Positions 18,294-28,583 are shown, counted from the first letter of the stretch. The stretch: 64,000 bases of DNA from Candidatus Uhrbacteria bacterium (GCA_943354605.1 CALRCK010000002.1:135186-199185); one strand, 5' to 3'. A program made the numbers and translations. Notes: generated by a model from the sequence alone, not told the origin.

Positions 18294-18623
18294 CTAGCGA
18301 GCAAGTTTCTTTGCAGCCGGTGCTGCGGCTGCTGGAGCCGGTGCTGCCGCAGGAGCAGCTGCTGCAGCCTTTCCTGCGTGACGAACGAACTTTCGCGTGA
18401 GCGAGAATTCTCCAAGCTTGTGACCAACCATGTTTTCCACCACACGGACCTGAACAAATTCGCGTCCGTTGTGTACACCGAAGGTGAATCCCACCATTTC
18501 CGGAGTAATTGTTGAGGCACGCGCCCATGTCTTGATGACTGTTTTGTCGCCAGCGCGAAGATTCGACACCTTCTTTGCGAGCTTTGGATCAACGAAAGGA
18601 CCCTTTTTGAGACTTCGTGGCAT
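18294..18623 (-). CDS. rpsS: 30S ribosomal protein S19
   Basis: [10 protein letters not shown] and MVGHKLGEF motifs; Ala/Pro-rich C-terminal tail. Confidence 0.98.
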   Translation of the reverse strand: MPRSLKKGPFVDPKLAKKVSNLRAGDKTVIKTWARASTITPEMVGFTFGVHNGREFVQVRVVENMVGHKLGEFSLTRKFVRHAGKAAAAAPAAAPAPAAAAPAAKKLAR

Positions 18624-18627
18624 AGGA

Positions 18628-19476
18628 TTACGCGTTACGCTTCACGTGCTGTCGGCGGCGAACAATGAACGCATTCGATGGCTTCTTGCTCTTGCGGGTC
18701 TTCACACCGAGCGCCTTCTTTCCCGTTGGCGTCTTTGGCGATGGCATACCGATCGAGTTTCGTGCCTCTCCACCTCCGTGTGGGTGATCCACTGGGTTCA
18801 TCGCCTTTCCACGAACGGTTGGACGAACGCTTCGGTGGCGCATACGGCCAGCCTTTCCCCATCGCACCAAGCGCCAATCTGGATTGGACACGGTTCCGAT
18901 GGTTGCGAAGCATGCCTTTAACACCATGCGGACTTCACCGGATGGAAGACGAAGCGTTGCGCGCTCACCTTCAATTGCGAGAAGTTCTGCTGCAACACCC
19001 GCGCCGCGAACCATCTTTCCACCGCGACCTGGTTCAAGTTCGATATTGTGAACTTGCATACCAACCGGAATCTTTTCGAGTGGGAATCGGTTTCCCATTG
19101 CTGGCTCACCGCGCTCCTTTGAGGAAACGATAGTCATGCCAACTGTGAGACCGAGTGGAGCAAGAACGTAGCGCTTTTCTCCGTCTGCGTAGGCAAGGAG
19201 AGCAATACGTGCACCGCGGTTTGGATCGTATTCAATCGTCTGAACCTTCGCTGGAATGTCGTACTTCTCGCGCTTCCAATCGATGAGACGAATGTGGCGC
19301 TTTGCACCACCTCCACGATGACGAACGGAAATATGGCCAGACGCGCCACGACCCGCCATCTGCTTCTGGGAAACCAAAAGCGATTTTTCTGGCGATGTCG
19401 ATGTGACGTCGGCGAACGACTGAACGCTCGACGTGCGGCGTCCTGCAGTTGTTGGTTTGTATTGGATGATTGGCAT
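18628..19476 (-). CDS. rplB: 50S ribosomal protein L2
   Basis: IEYDPNR and [12 protein letters not shown] motifs. Confidence 0.98.
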   Translation of the reverse strand: MPIIQYKPTTAGRRTSSVQSFADVTSTSPEKSLLVSQKQMAGRGASGHISVRHRGGGAKRHIRLIDWKREKYDIPAKVQTIEYDPNRGARIALLAYADGEKRYVLAPLGLTVGMTIVSSKERGEPAMGNRFPLEKIPVGMQVHNIELEPGRGGKMVRGAGVAAELLAIEGERATLRLPSGEVRMVLKACFATIGTVSNPDWRLVRWGKAGRMRHRSVRPTVRGKAMNPVDHPHGGGEARNSIGMPSPKTPTGKKALGVKTRKSKKPSNAFIVRRRQHVKRNA

Positions 19477-19480
19477 ACGC

Positions 19481-19879
19481 TTAGACAACAGGTGCAAAGA
19501 CGTCGATCGTCGTTCCTGCTGGCAACGAGATCATCGCTTTCTTGAAACTCTTGAGGTGTCCATTGGACTTTCCAAAGTGCATTGCACGTGGGCGAACGGT
19601 GATGACGTTTACCTTCACCGGGGTGACTCCGTACAACTCCTTAAATGCCTGCTTTACCGCAACACGAGTTGCAGAAAGTGCGACGCGGAAAACCATAACG
19701 TTGCTGCTTGAAAGCATCGCGGTCTTTTCCGTAACCATTGGTGCAAGAAGTGTGTCGGTTGCAAAACGGGAAAGCGACTTCAATGCAGGTGCAGCTGATA
19801 CTTCAGCAACAGCCTTCTTTGTCGTCTTCTTCGCCGGCTTTGCGACAACCTCAACTTCAGTTGTTGATTTCTTTGGCAT
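19481..19879 (-). CDS. rplW: 50S ribosomal protein L23
   Basis: PMVTEK and FKKAMI motifs; Lys/Ala-rich N-terminal extension. Confidence 0.95.
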   Translation of the reverse strand: MPKKSTTEVEVVAKPAKKTTKKAVAEVSAAPALKSLSRFATDTLLAPMVTEKTAMLSSSNVMVFRVALSATRVAVKQAFKELYGVTPVKVNVITVRPRAMHFGKSNGHLKSFKKAMISLPAGTTIDVFAPVV

Positions 19880-19882
19880 ACG

Positions 19883-20515
19883 TTACGCGCTAAACGTTTG
19901 AACCATCGATGCGATGGCAGCTTGCGAAGCGACGATTGTTCGGTACTTTGCCGCATCGCGAACGTTCAAGCTCTGAGCGTGAATGGTGGTGGTCTTTGGC
20001 AAGTTCTTCGCTGCGCGCTTCATGAGAATGTCATCAGCGGTCACCACGATAAGCGCAGAGCCACGAGCACCAGGAAGTGCTGCGCGCATTTGCGCAACAA
20101 ACTTTGTTTTTGCTTCTGGGAAACCAAAGTCTTCCACCGCAATAAACGCACCGTCCTGAAGCTTGTCGGTGAGCACCATCGCAAGCGCCGTGCGCTTCGT
20201 CTTTTTGTTGAGTTTCACTGAGAAATTGCGCTCAGCAAGCGGGCCGTGCGTGACACCTCCACCCACCCAAATTGGTGAACGGGAAGATCCATGACGTGCA
20301 CGACCGGTTCCTTTCTGCTTCCATGGCTTCTTTCCACCACCGGAAACCTGGCTTCGGTCTTTGGTATGTGCCAAGACAACGCGAGAGTTTGCTTCTTGCG
20401 CGACGATCACGTCGTGAATAAGGTTGCTATTTGGCTGCACCGCAAACAATGCGTCGGGCAACGTGACCGTGCCGGCATCCGCACCTTTCCAATTGTAGAG
20501 TTTTACTTGAGCCAT
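19883..20515 (-). CDS. rplD: 50S ribosomal protein L4
   Basis: KPWKQKGTGRARHGS motif. Confidence 0.98.
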   Translation of the reverse strand: MAQVKLYNWKGADAGTVTLPDALFAVQPNSNLIHDVIVAQEANSRVVLAHTKDRSQVSGGGKKPWKQKGTGRARHGSSRSPIWVGGGVTHGPLAERNFSVKLNKKTKRTALAMVLTDKLQDGAFIAVEDFGFPEAKTKFVAQMRAALPGARGSALIVVTADDILMKRAAKNLPKTTTIHAQSLNVRDAAKYRTIVASQAAIASMVQTFSA

Positions 20516-21126
20516 ACATTTCCTTCAGTTGCGAGAATAGTCACGAGGCTTCCACGGCTCCCAGGGACTGCGCCCTTAATTCCGATCATGTTCTTCTCCG
20601 TATCAATCGTCATCACCTCGAGGTTCTTGACCGTGACACGATCGCTTCCCATTCGGCCGGCCATGCGCATGCCCTTGAACACACGCTGGATACCACCGGC
20701 TCCGATGGAACCCGACTTACGCTCTTGGTCCTTATGACCGTGAGTTCGTGGGTGACCATGGAATCCGTGGCGCTTCACGACACCCTGGAAACCGCGGCCC
20801 TTTGAAGTGCCGACGATGTTCACGGTGTCACCGACTGCGAATGCCGAAACCGTGATTGCGGTGCCGCGCTCTGCGGTTTCACCGTCTGCAAGAGGAAACT
20901 CTCGCAACGTTCGGAATGTTCCAAGGTCTCCCGTCACTCCAGCTTCCGCTTTGGTGACGTTGGTGGTTTTGTCGAAACCGACAACCATCACGGAACGACC
21001 CTGAACGTTGTTTCGAACGGCGACGACCACCGAAGGCTCTGCTTCGATCAGCGTCACTGGCACCACCGACCCATCTGGTCGGAAGACCTGTGTCATGGCG
21101 ATTTTCTTTCCGAGAAGAACTTTCAT
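20503..21126 (-). CDS. rplC: 50S ribosomal protein L3
   Basis: SKGRGFQGVVKRHGF and KGAVPG motifs. Confidence 0.98.
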   Translation of the reverse strand: MKVLLGKKIAMTQVFRPDGSVVPVTLIEAEPSVVVAVRNNVQGRSVMVVGFDKTTNVTKAEAGVTGDLGTFRTLREFPLADGETAERGTAITVSAFAVGDTVNIVGTSKGRGFQGVVKRHGFHGHPRTHGHKDQERKSGSIGAGGIQRVFKGMRMAGRMGSDRVTVKNLEVMTIDTEKNMIGIKGAVPGSRGSLVTILATEGNVWLK

Positions 21127-21134
21127 AGAATCTT

Positions 21135-21436
21135 TCGTTCATGCGCGAGGCAGCGGAACGGTATTAAGTAAGGGCCCTTTGAACGAAAAAACCAGAAGCT
21201 TCGCGATACGGCGAAAAACTTCTAGCTCAAAACAACGAACGGATACGCATAGGAGATGCGCGAGTGTTGATTGAGTTTTTTTATCGTTGAAAAGAGGTCT
21301 CCTGAACTCCTCACGAAGCATCAAGAAGGTTTTTCGCAAGCGAATCTTTCTTCTCGGTTCGATGTTGGAGTGTGTGCAGTGGGAACTGCGATGAAACCGT
21401 CTGTGAGAGATGATCTCGTCGCAGTTTCCACTGCAG
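21135..21436 (-). promoter_or_regulatory. Structured rpsJ-rplC intercistronic region, candidate ribosomal-protein leader
   Basis: 314-nt gap containing a 20-bp hairpin (about 21376-21436) and a branched stem set (about 21175-21297). Confidence 0.45.
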
Positions 21437-21440
21437 TGAA

Positions 21441-21776
21441 TTACATTTTGATTTCGATGTCGACGCCAGCCGGAAGGTTCAAGCTCATGAGCGCATCAAT
21501 CGTCCGTTCCGTTGGACTCACAATGTCGATCAGGCGTTTGTGGACACGCATCTCGTACTGATCGCGAGACTGCTTGTCAATAAACGTTGAGCGGTTCACC
21601 GTGAAGCGACGAACCTCTGTTGGCAAGGGAACCGGGCCAAGAACCTCTGCTCCACTGCGCTCAGCCGTCTTGATGATGGTCTGTGTTGCGGTGTCGATCA
21701 CCTTGTGATCGTACGCACGAATCTTGATACGAATTCTCTGCTTCACGTCTTCTTTTGTTTTTGCTGCGTCGGTCAT
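21441..21776 (-). CDS. rpsJ: 30S ribosomal protein S10
   Basis: [18 protein letters not shown] and [10 protein letters not shown] motifs. Confidence 0.98.
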   Translation of the reverse strand: MTDAAKTKEDVKQRIRIKIRAYDHKVIDTATQTIIKTAERSGAEVLGPVPLPTEVRRFTVNRSTFIDKQSRDQYEMRVHKRLIDIVSPTERTIDALMSLNLPAGVDIEIKM

Positions 21777-21850
21777 AGTGAAAAGGGCGATGTCTGAAAC
21801 AGAGGAAGGCAGACGTTGTTGCGTTCTGCCTTCATGTTCTTTTTCAAGAA

Positions 21851-23038
21851 TTATTCAATAATTTTTACCACGATACCTGCGCCAACCGTGCGGCCACCCT
21901 CGCGGATAGCAAAGCGCATCTTCTCTTCGAGTGCGACTGGGTTGATGAGCGTCACGATGCCGTTCACCTTGTCTCCTGGCATCACCATCTCTGTGCCTTC
22001 TGGCAAGACGATTTCACCAGTCACGTCGGTGGTACGGATGTAGAACTGTGGCTTGTAGCCCTTGAAGAATGGCTTGTGGCGTCCACCCTCTTCCTTGGTC
22101 AAGGCGTAAATTTCAGCCTCGAACTTGGTGTGTGGCTTCACGGTTCCTGGCTTTGCAAGCACCTGACCGCGCTCAACATCTTCCTTCTTCACACCGCGGA
22201 GAAGAACTCCAGCGTTGTCGCCAGCCATACCCTTATCAAGCGACTTGTTGAACATTTCGATACCAGTCACCGTGGACTTGATAGTGTCCTTGATACCGAC
22301 GATTTCGACTTCGTCACCAACAGTACAGACACCGCGCTCGATACGACCGGTCACGACAGTTCCACGTCCTTCAATAGAGAAGACGTCTTCCACTGGCATG
22401 AGGAATGGCTTGTCGAGTTCGCGCACCGGCTGTGGGATGTAGCTGTCCAATGCTGCGAGCAAGTCGCGGATTGGCTGTGCTTCTGGACCGGTTGGGTTTT
22501 CAAGTGCTTTCACGGAAGATCCGCGGATCACTGGAACGGCGTCGCCAGGGAAATCGTACTTCTTCAAAAGGTCGCGAACTTCCTGCTCAACGAGGTCGAT
22601 GAGTTCTGGATCGTCAACCATGTCAACTTTGTTCAAGTAGACGATGATCGAAGGAACACCAACCTGCTTTGCGAGAAGAATGTGCTCGCGCGTCTGTGGC
22701 ATTGGACCGTCAGCAGCGGAAACGACGAGAATCGCGCCGTCCATCTGTGCAGCACCCGTGATCATGTTCTTCACGTAGTCTGCGTGTCCTGGACAGTCCA
22801 CGTGTGCGTAGTGACGGTTTGCCGTCTCATACTCACAGTGTGCGGTCGAAATGGTGATACCACGTGCCTTGGATTCTGGCGCCTTGTCGAGGTCGTTAAT
22901 ACCCTTCTTTTGCGCGGTGTTTCCCATTGCAGCAGCCACTGCCAAAATTGCAGCGGTTGTGGTGGTCTTCCCGTGGTCGACGTGACCAATGGTGCCGACG
23001 TTCACGTGCGGCTTTGTGCGGTCAAACTGTTCTGCCAT
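21851..23038 (-). CDS. tuf: Elongation factor Tu
   Basis: [25 protein letters not shown] and [10 protein letters not shown] motifs. Confidence 0.99.
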   Translation of the reverse strand: MAEQFDRTKPHVNVGTIGHVDHGKTTTTAAILAVAAAMGNTAQKKGINDLDKAPESKARGITISTAHCEYETANRHYAHVDCPGHADYVKNMITGAAQMDGAILVVSAADGPMPQTREHILLAKQVGVPSIIVYLNKVDMVDDPELIDLVEQEVRDLLKKYDFPGDAVPVIRGSSVKALENPTGPEAQPIRDLLAALDSYIPQPVRELDKPFLMPVEDVFSIEGRGTVVTGRIERGVCTVGDEVEIVGIKDTIKSTVTGIEMFNKSLDKGMAGDNAGVLLRGVKKEDVERGQVLAKPGTVKPHTKFEAEIYALTKEEGGRHKPFFKGYKPQFYIRTTDVTGEIVLPEGTEMVMPGDKVNGIVTLINPVALEEKMRFAIREGGRTVGAGIVVKIIE

Positions 23039-23116
23039 ACGAAGAAATTATGCGGGCATTCCGTGTGCGGAATACTCAGCGAGTGAGTGAGAGTTTCGGT
23101 AAATAAATGTGGCGAG

Positions 23117-23145
23117 AGTGTAGCAAAACCAGGAAAATCACGCAA
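23117..23145 (-). promoter_or_regulatory. Sigma70-type promoter for tuf
   Basis: TTGCGT-17 nt-TACACT with extended -10 TG. Confidence 0.65.
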
Positions 23146-23165
23146 GTCCGCTTATGCACGGCGGG

Positions 23166-23645
23166 CTAATCGATCTGTTCAAGGTAGAACTCTTCCTCCC
23201 CTCCTTCGCTCCGACTTGACTTCTTTTTGACGACTTCCCGAGGCTTTTCGACATTTTTCTCTTGCTCCTGTGTTTTGGGCACCTCTACCGGCGCCTGCCA
23301 AAGACTCTTCAGCGCCTCCTCGTCGATATCCGCCTCGTCGAAAGCCTCATCCGTAACCTCAGCGGCGATTTCTTCGGACAGCTCGATCATCGCCTCAGCC
23401 TCCTCCTCAACCCCACTCATAGGCGCCCCCGACCTCGCCCGACCATCGCCATACACCGGCAAATCAATCCCCTCATCGCTAAATGTCCCCTCCCCAGGCC
23501 CAAACGCCTGATCGATAAGCGCTTCGTACTCCTCCAGCGGCAAAATCACCATTGGCTCGCCTCCCCCAGCCTCGTCCGTCACAATCAGCCGATCGCCCGT
23601 TCTCCGGGCCAACCGCAACAGTCGAGGAATGTGATTGATCGCCAT
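23166..23645 (-). CDS. Hypothetical protein with a Phd/YefM-like N-terminus and a highly acidic C-terminal part
   Basis: DRLIVTD...PMVILPLEEYEAL segment; ends EEEFYLEQID. Confidence 0.7.
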   Translation of the reverse strand: MAINHIPRLLRLARRTGDRLIVTDEAGGGEPMVILPLEEYEALIDQAFGPGEGTFSDEGIDLPVYGDGRARSGAPMSGVEEEAEAMIELSEEIAAEVTDEAFDEADIDEEALKSLWQAPVEVPKTQEQEKNVEKPREVVKKKSSRSEGGEEEFYLEQID

Positions 23646-23773
23646 ATGCAGCCATCTTAGGAAGTGTGGGAGCAAAGGGCAAGGGGCGTTAGAGCTTTTT
23701 TGGACTTTTCTTCTAGAAAATGCTAAAATGTTTGGTCCGATCTCAAACCGGCCTCAGGCCAAGGAAGTGACTC

Positions 23774-24037
23774 GTGCGTTTTCCTCAAATCATGAACCTC
23801 CTCGTGGCCATCGCCGGCTTCCTGAACGCCGGCGGGATCGCCCTACAGGCCGCGCAGATCCTCTAAACCCGGGACGTCAGCGGGATCTCGCTTCCGATGT
23901 TCTGCATGTTCCTATTCATCCAGATCATTTACGCCATCCGGGGAATGCAGAACAAGGACATGATGATGGCACTCGGGATGTGCGCATCTGCGATCGCGAA
24001 CATCACGGTCATGCTCCTCGTCCTCACCTACCGCTAG
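23774..24037 (+). pseudogene. SemiSWEET/PQ-loop-like small transporter interrupted by an in-frame TAA at 23864-23866
   Basis: Hand translation ...GIALQAAQIL*TRDVSGISLPMFCMFLFIQIIYAIRG...; SD-like AAGGAAG at 23761; three hydrophobic helices. Confidence 0.7.
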
Positions 24038-24157
24038 CTCGCCCCGCGCGAAATCGACAAGCCCCAACTCGGGAGCCCGTCGTCTCGACGCGGGGTTTGT
24101 CGTTGACGCACAGCGCCGAACCTCCGTAAGAGATTCGGCGCGCGTCGGACGTCGTGA

Positions 24158-24192
24158 TTCAACCCTTAGGGTTGGTCAACGCTAAGGGTTGA
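24158..24192. repeat. Family E double palindrome
   Basis: TTCAACCCTTAGGGTTGGTCAACGCTAAGGGTTGA. Confidence 0.8.
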
Positions 24193-24197
24193 CCAAT

Positions 24198-24530
24198 CTA
24201 GATCAGCCCGAGGAGGTGCTCGGCCACGGTGCAGACATAGTGGCAGAGCTGGTCCTGCCAGATGGTCTTGATCACCTGCTTGCCCTTCAGCTCGTCCACC
24301 GTGGCGTGGAGCGCCATGTGGATGAGAAGTCCGTACCACGTGATGTGGAACCCGGGCACCGCCGCGAGGAGCATGAACGGGCTCGCCTGCGTCACGACGT
24401 GGTAGAACAGCACTTCCTTGCTCTTCGCCTTCTCCATCGCCATCCACGCGCTCTGGAACGCGAAGTCGCCGATGTTGTGGCACGCGAAAAGGACTGTGAG
24501 GTACTGCCAGAGTTCGAGCGGACTGGTCAT
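24198..24530 (-). CDS. DUF3307-like membrane protein
   Basis: HNIGDFAFQ..WMA..K, H...D..K and DQLCH motifs; SD GGAGGT. Confidence 0.8.
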   Translation of the reverse strand: MTSPLELWQYLTVLFACHNIGDFAFQSAWMAMEKAKSKEVLFYHVVTQASPFMLLAAVPGFHITWYGLLIHMALHATVDELKGKQVIKTIWQDQLCHYVCTVAEHLLGLI

Positions 24531-24597
24531 GGAACACCTCCTGTGTTGAGTGTCCGCTGTGAGTATCTGTCCACAACCACAATGTGCCGAGAGCATC

Positions 24598-24650
24598 TGT
24601 CGTCATGCACGACGACAGTAATTGCGCATCTGTCGTCCATCACGACAACA
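24598..24650. promoter_or_regulatory. Pair of palindromic operator-like sites TGTCGTC-N6-GACRACA
   Basis: Copies at 24598-24617 and 24631-24650, next to a TTGACT -35 box at 24653. Confidence 0.65.
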
Positions 24651-24688
24651 CATTGACTTCTGCTCTCTGCACGCTATCGTAATGATGT

Positions 24689-25450
24689 ATGCATATGTCC
24701 TCTTCAAAGGAACTCAATCGCGCACTCGTCGCGTTTGGATTTGACGAGAAGGAAGCGCATCTGTACCTCGCCGGCATTGAGCTTGGCGAAGCAACGGTGC
24801 TTGAGCTTTCGCGGCTCACAAAACTTCCGCGCACAACGCTGTATCCAGTTCTTGAAAGTTTGTGCCGGCGTGGATATTTCCGATTAAAAAATTTGCAAGG
24901 ACGAAAAAAGTTCGTCGCAAACCCTCCTGATTTGTTCATCAAGCATCTCGCCGACCGCCAAGAAAAATTTCGTGAAATTCTTCCGCTCTTCGAAGCGATC
25001 AAAGCAAACGATCCCGAATCCGTCGGCGTCACCATCTACGAAGGCACTGAGGGATTCAAACAATTCTGGCAACAAATCTTCCGCTCCGGCGTAAAGGAAT
25101 ATTGTTTGCTCACCACCGGCGTGCACATGCTCGACTACGTCAAAGAACCGTATCTCATGAAGCAAATTATTGCCGAGCGCATGAAACGCGGAATCCGCAG
25201 CCGTCAACTCATCATCGAAACCGCAGAATCAAGAAAATTTATTCGACGTGATTCCATCGAGCTTCGCGAATCACGGTTCCTCCCACCAAATATCAATATC
25301 CCTGCAACAATGTTACTGTTCGGCAACGACGTCGCATTCGTCACCACCCGTAAAGAAAACTCCGTGATCCTTGTCACGAGTGGTGATGTTTCGGTGACAC
25401 TTCGCACGATGTTCGAACTTCTGTGGAGCTGCGCAAAATCGACGACATAA
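24689..25450 (+). CDS. TrmB family transcriptional regulator
   Basis: FGFDEKEAHLYLA...LPRTTLY..LESL winged helix; YEGTEG; C-terminal FELLW. Confidence 0.88.
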   Translation: MHMSSSKELNRALVAFGFDEKEAHLYLAGIELGEATVLELSRLTKLPRTTLYPVLESLCRRGYFRLKNLQGRKKFVANPPDLFIKHLADRQEKFREILPLFEAIKANDPESVGVTIYEGTEGFKQFWQQIFRSGVKEYCLLTTGVHMLDYVKEPYLMKQIIAERMKRGIRSRQLIIETAESRKFIRRDSIELRESRFLPPNINIPATMLLFGNDVAFVTTRKENSVILVTSGDVSVTLRTMFELLWSCAKSTT

Positions 25451-25491
25451 CAAAAACAAAATCGACGCCGAAGTCGATATTTGTAGAAAAC

Positions 25492-26331
25492 TTACAACAA
25501 AGATCGCTTAATAGCTGCCGCTTCCTCTTCCTCTTCTCTCAGCTTTGCGACCCGAATCGCCTCTCGCCGAGCCTTCTCCGTATGAATCTTTTCATCATTT
25601 TCTTGCGCGACTTCGGCAGCAAGCCGTTGTTGTGTTATTGGATTCTCAAGAATATTAGCGGAAACATCAAACTTAGCTTTATTCAAAATTTGGATAGTTT
25701 TTGAAGATTCTTCAATCAACTTTTCTGAATATTCGATATCAAGCTGATTTGAAGGTGTTCCCTTGAAATTTTTTTGTTCGCTTAAAATACTACGAGTTCT
25801 TGTTAAGTTTTCAGTCGCCGCTTCTAATGCAACGTTTATCATTGGCAAAAGTTCTGCTCCAAAAGTTTTATAGACCTCTTCATAATCAAGCTCCACAAAC
25901 GCTTCAGCAAGTATGTACCCGCCTTGGCTCGTTTCAAGCGCTCGTTCCGCACGATCCATATCAGCGCCCCGTCCATGTAAGCCTTTATCAAAATTGTCTA
26001 CCATGTTCTGAACGACTTCGCTCAAGTCATAATATCTTTCACCCCTCCACGAAGATCCATCCTCCCGTCCTTCAATTGCCTTCTTTTTCGCAGCCTTCTG
26101 AGCAAGCTCAGTCCAACCCGTAAGTAAAAAACCATCACGAAGTGCCCTGCCTACCTCTTGCATATTCTTATCTTGTTTCGCCTTCATGCCTTCCTGTCGC
26201 GCTCTCACAATACCCCCAACTAGTGAACCCTGCTCCTCAATTTCAGCGCTAGAAAGTGGAACCTTCCTTCCTACAAATGTATTTCCAGTCTCCGTTTCGA
26301 TTTTGTCGATAACGATTTTGTCAAACTTCAT
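25492..26331 (-). CDS. Hypothetical helical/coiled-coil protein, AT-rich orphan
   Basis: Long ORF visibly more AT-rich than its neighbours. Confidence 0.7.
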   Translation of the reverse strand: MKFDKIVIDKIETETGNTFVGRKVPLSSAEIEEQGSLVGGIVRARQEGMKAKQDKNMQEVGRALRDGFLLTGWTELAQKAAKKKAIEGREDGSSWRGERYYDLSEVVQNMVDNFDKGLHGRGADMDRAERALETSQGGYILAEAFVELDYEEVYKTFGAELLPMINVALEAATENLTRTRSILSEQKNFKGTPSNQLDIEYSEKLIEESSKTIQILNKAKFDVSANILENPITQQRLAAEVAQENDEKIHTEKARREAIRVAKLREEEEEAAAIKRSLL

Positions 26332-26411
26332 AAATACAATCAAAATACTTCGACTTATCTTTCATCAATTATCATCCATGTAAGCCTTTGCAGCAAAAGG
26401 GATTGGGGATA

Positions 26412-26442
26412 ACAAAACGAGCTCAATGCGAGCTCGTTTTGT
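26412..26442. terminator. Terminator after fusA
   Basis: ACAAAACGAGCTC-AATGC-GAGCTCGTTTTGT. Confidence 0.75.
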
Positions 26443-26457
26443 ATTGGAACGATGTAT

Positions 26458-28545
26458 TTATTTTCCCTGACGCGCTTCGACGATGGTCTTTTGCACGTTC
26501 GTTGGCACTTCCATGTACTGACCGAACTCCATGGAGTAGCTTGCGCGTCCTTGGGTCATCGATCGGAGCGATGTGGAGTAGCCAAACATTTCTGCAAGTG
26601 GAACAAGAGCTTTCACGAACTTGATATTTCCGCGGTCGCCCATTTCCTGAATCTGTCCGCGCTTTCCGTTCAAGTCGCCGACGACGGATCCCATGAATTC
26701 GTCTGGAGTAACCGCTTCCACCTTCATCATTGGCTCAAGCAACACTGGTTTTGCGTTCTTGACGGCTTCCTGGAATGCCATGCTTCCTGCCATCTTGAAG
26801 GCTGCTTCGTTGGAGTCCACATCGTGGTAGCTTCCGTCGAACACCGTCACCTTGATGTTGATGAGTGGGAATCCAGCAATCGCACCGCGATCCATGGATT
26901 CACGCGCACCTTTTTCAATGGCTGGAATGTATTCGCGAGGAATGGATCCACCCTTTGTTTCTTCAAAGAACTCGAAGTTCTTTGCGTCTTCGCCGGTGTT
27001 TGGCTCCACACGCAACCAGCAGTGTCCGTACTGACCACGTCCACCAGACTGCTTGATGTACTTTCCTTCGCCTTCTGCCGCAGCACGAATCGTTTCGCGG
27101 TACGCAACTTGTGGGCGACCCACGTTTGCTTCCACGCCGTATTCGCGCTTCATGCGGTCCACCATAATTTCCAAGTGGAGTTCTCCCATACCAGCGATAA
27201 TCGTCTGGTTGGAATCGGCATCCGTGTGCACGTGGAATGTTGGATCTTCTTCCTTAAGCTTCTGCAGCGCAACACCCATCTTTTCCTGGTCAGCCTTTGT
27301 CTTTGGCTCAAGTGCTTGAGAGATAACCGGCTCTGGGAAGGTAATGGATTCAAGAATCACTGGATGATCCGCGTCGCACAACGTGTTTCCCGTTGTGGTA
27401 CTCTTCAAACCAACGGCTGCGGCGATTTCTCCAGCAAACACCTCCTCAACGTCCTCGCGGCTGTTTGCGTGCAAACGGACGATACGAGAAATACGCTCCT
27501 TGTCTCCAGTGGTGGTGTTCAACACGTATGTTCCCGCCTTGATCGATCCTGAGTACACACGGAAAAACGCGAGCTTTCCAACGAATGGATCTGCCGCAAT
27601 CTTGAAGGCGAGTGCCGCAAACGGTGCGTCGTCCTTTGGTGGGCAGGCGATGAGCTCTTCGTGATCGTCTGGATTGAATCCGGTGATTGGTGGGACGTCG
27701 AGTGGCGATGGCAAGTAGTCCACAACTGCGTCGAGCATCTGCTGAACGCCTTTATTCTTCAAGGCAGAGCCGCAAAGAATTGGGAAGATTTTCAACGAGA
27801 CCACCCCCTTACGAAGCGCAACCTTCAGTTCTGGAACAGGAATTTCTTCGCCGGCAAAGAAGCGGTCGAGCAATGCCTCGTCTTCTGCGACGATCGCCTC
27901 AACCAAGTTCTTGCGATATTCGTCTGCCTTTTCTTTGTACTCGTCTGGAATTTCGATTTCGTCGACCACCTTGCCCATGTCGTCCTTATAGATGAACGCC
28001 TTGCGCAAGAGCAGGTCGATGATTCCGACGAAATTACTCTCGGTTCCGATTGGCAACTGAATTGGATATGCGTTTGGTGCCAAGCGCTTCCGGATGGAAT
28101 CAACGTCTTTGTAGAAGTCGGCACCGGTACGATCGAGCTTGTTGATGAAACACACGCGAGGAACTTTGTACTTGTCGGCCTGATGCCAAACCGTCTCAGA
28201 CTGTGGCTCCACGCCAGCAACGCCGTCGAACACGGTTACGCCGCCGTCGAGCACACGAAGCGAGCGCTCCACTTCCACGGTAAAGTCCACGTGGCCAGGG
28301 GTGTCGATGATATTAATACGGTGATCCTTCCAGAAACACGTGGTCGCAGCAGCCGTAATGGTGATACCGCGCTCCTGTTCCTGCTCCATCCAGTCCATGG
28401 TTGCTTCACCTTCATGCACTTCACCGATCTTGTGCTTCTTACCAGTGTAGTACAACACGCGCTCCGTTGTGGTGGTCTTTCCCGCATCGATGTGCGCAAT
28501 GATTCCGATGTTCCGAACCCGTTCCAATGGATAATCACGTTGCAT
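26458..28545 (-). CDS. fusA: Elongation factor G
   Basis: [30 protein letters not shown] and [10 protein letters not shown] motifs; start at MQRDYPL. Confidence 0.99.
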   Translation of the reverse strand: MQRDYPLERVRNIGIIAHIDAGKTTTTERVLYYTGKKHKIGEVHEGEATMDWMEQEQERGITITAAATTCFWKDHRINIIDTPGHVDFTVEVERSLRVLDGGVTVFDGVAGVEPQSETVWHQADKYKVPRVCFINKLDRTGADFYKDVDSIRKRLAPNAYPIQLPIGTESNFVGIIDLLLRKAFIYKDDMGKVVDEIEIPDEYKEKADEYRKNLVEAIVAEDEALLDRFFAGEEIPVPELKVALRKGVVSLKIFPILCGSALKNKGVQQMLDAVVDYLPSPLDVPPITGFNPDDHEELIACPPKDDAPFAALAFKIAADPFVGKLAFFRVYSGSIKAGTYVLNTTTGDKERISRIVRLHANSREDVEEVFAGEIAAAVGLKSTTTGNTLCDADHPVILESITFPEPVISQALEPKTKADQEKMGVALQKLKEEDPTFHVHTDADSNQTIIAGMGELHLEIMVDRMKREYGVEANVGRPQVAYRETIRAAAEGEGKYIKQSGGRGQYGHCWLRVEPNTGEDAKNFEFFEETKGGSIPREYIPAIEKGARESMDRGAIAGFPLINIKVTVFDGSYHDVDSNEAAFKMAGSMAFQEAVKNAKPVLLEPMMKVEAVTPDEFMGSVVGDLNGKRGQIQEMGDRGNIKFVKALVPLAEMFGYSTSLRSMTQGRASYSMEFGQYMEVPTNVQKTIVEARQGK

Positions 28546-28583
28546 AAGAAAAAAATGTAGACGTTTGAGAAGAATGACAAAGA

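Noticed and set aside
23419-23455. Possible GTAG-type repeat inside the Phd-like gene (peptide VYGDGRARSGAP)
   Set aside because: The hairpin is too weak and has no clear intergenic counterpart in the window.
23864-23866. Stop-codon reassignment
   Set aside because: TAA, TAG and TGA all end conserved genes at the expected positions, and this is the only internal stop I found.
12900-28560. Many long plus-strand ORFs opposite ribosomal protein, tuf and fusA genes (e.g. 14480-15649, 22076-23086, 26452-27552)
   Set aside because: They are antisense shadows of conserved genes and show no recognisable protein features.
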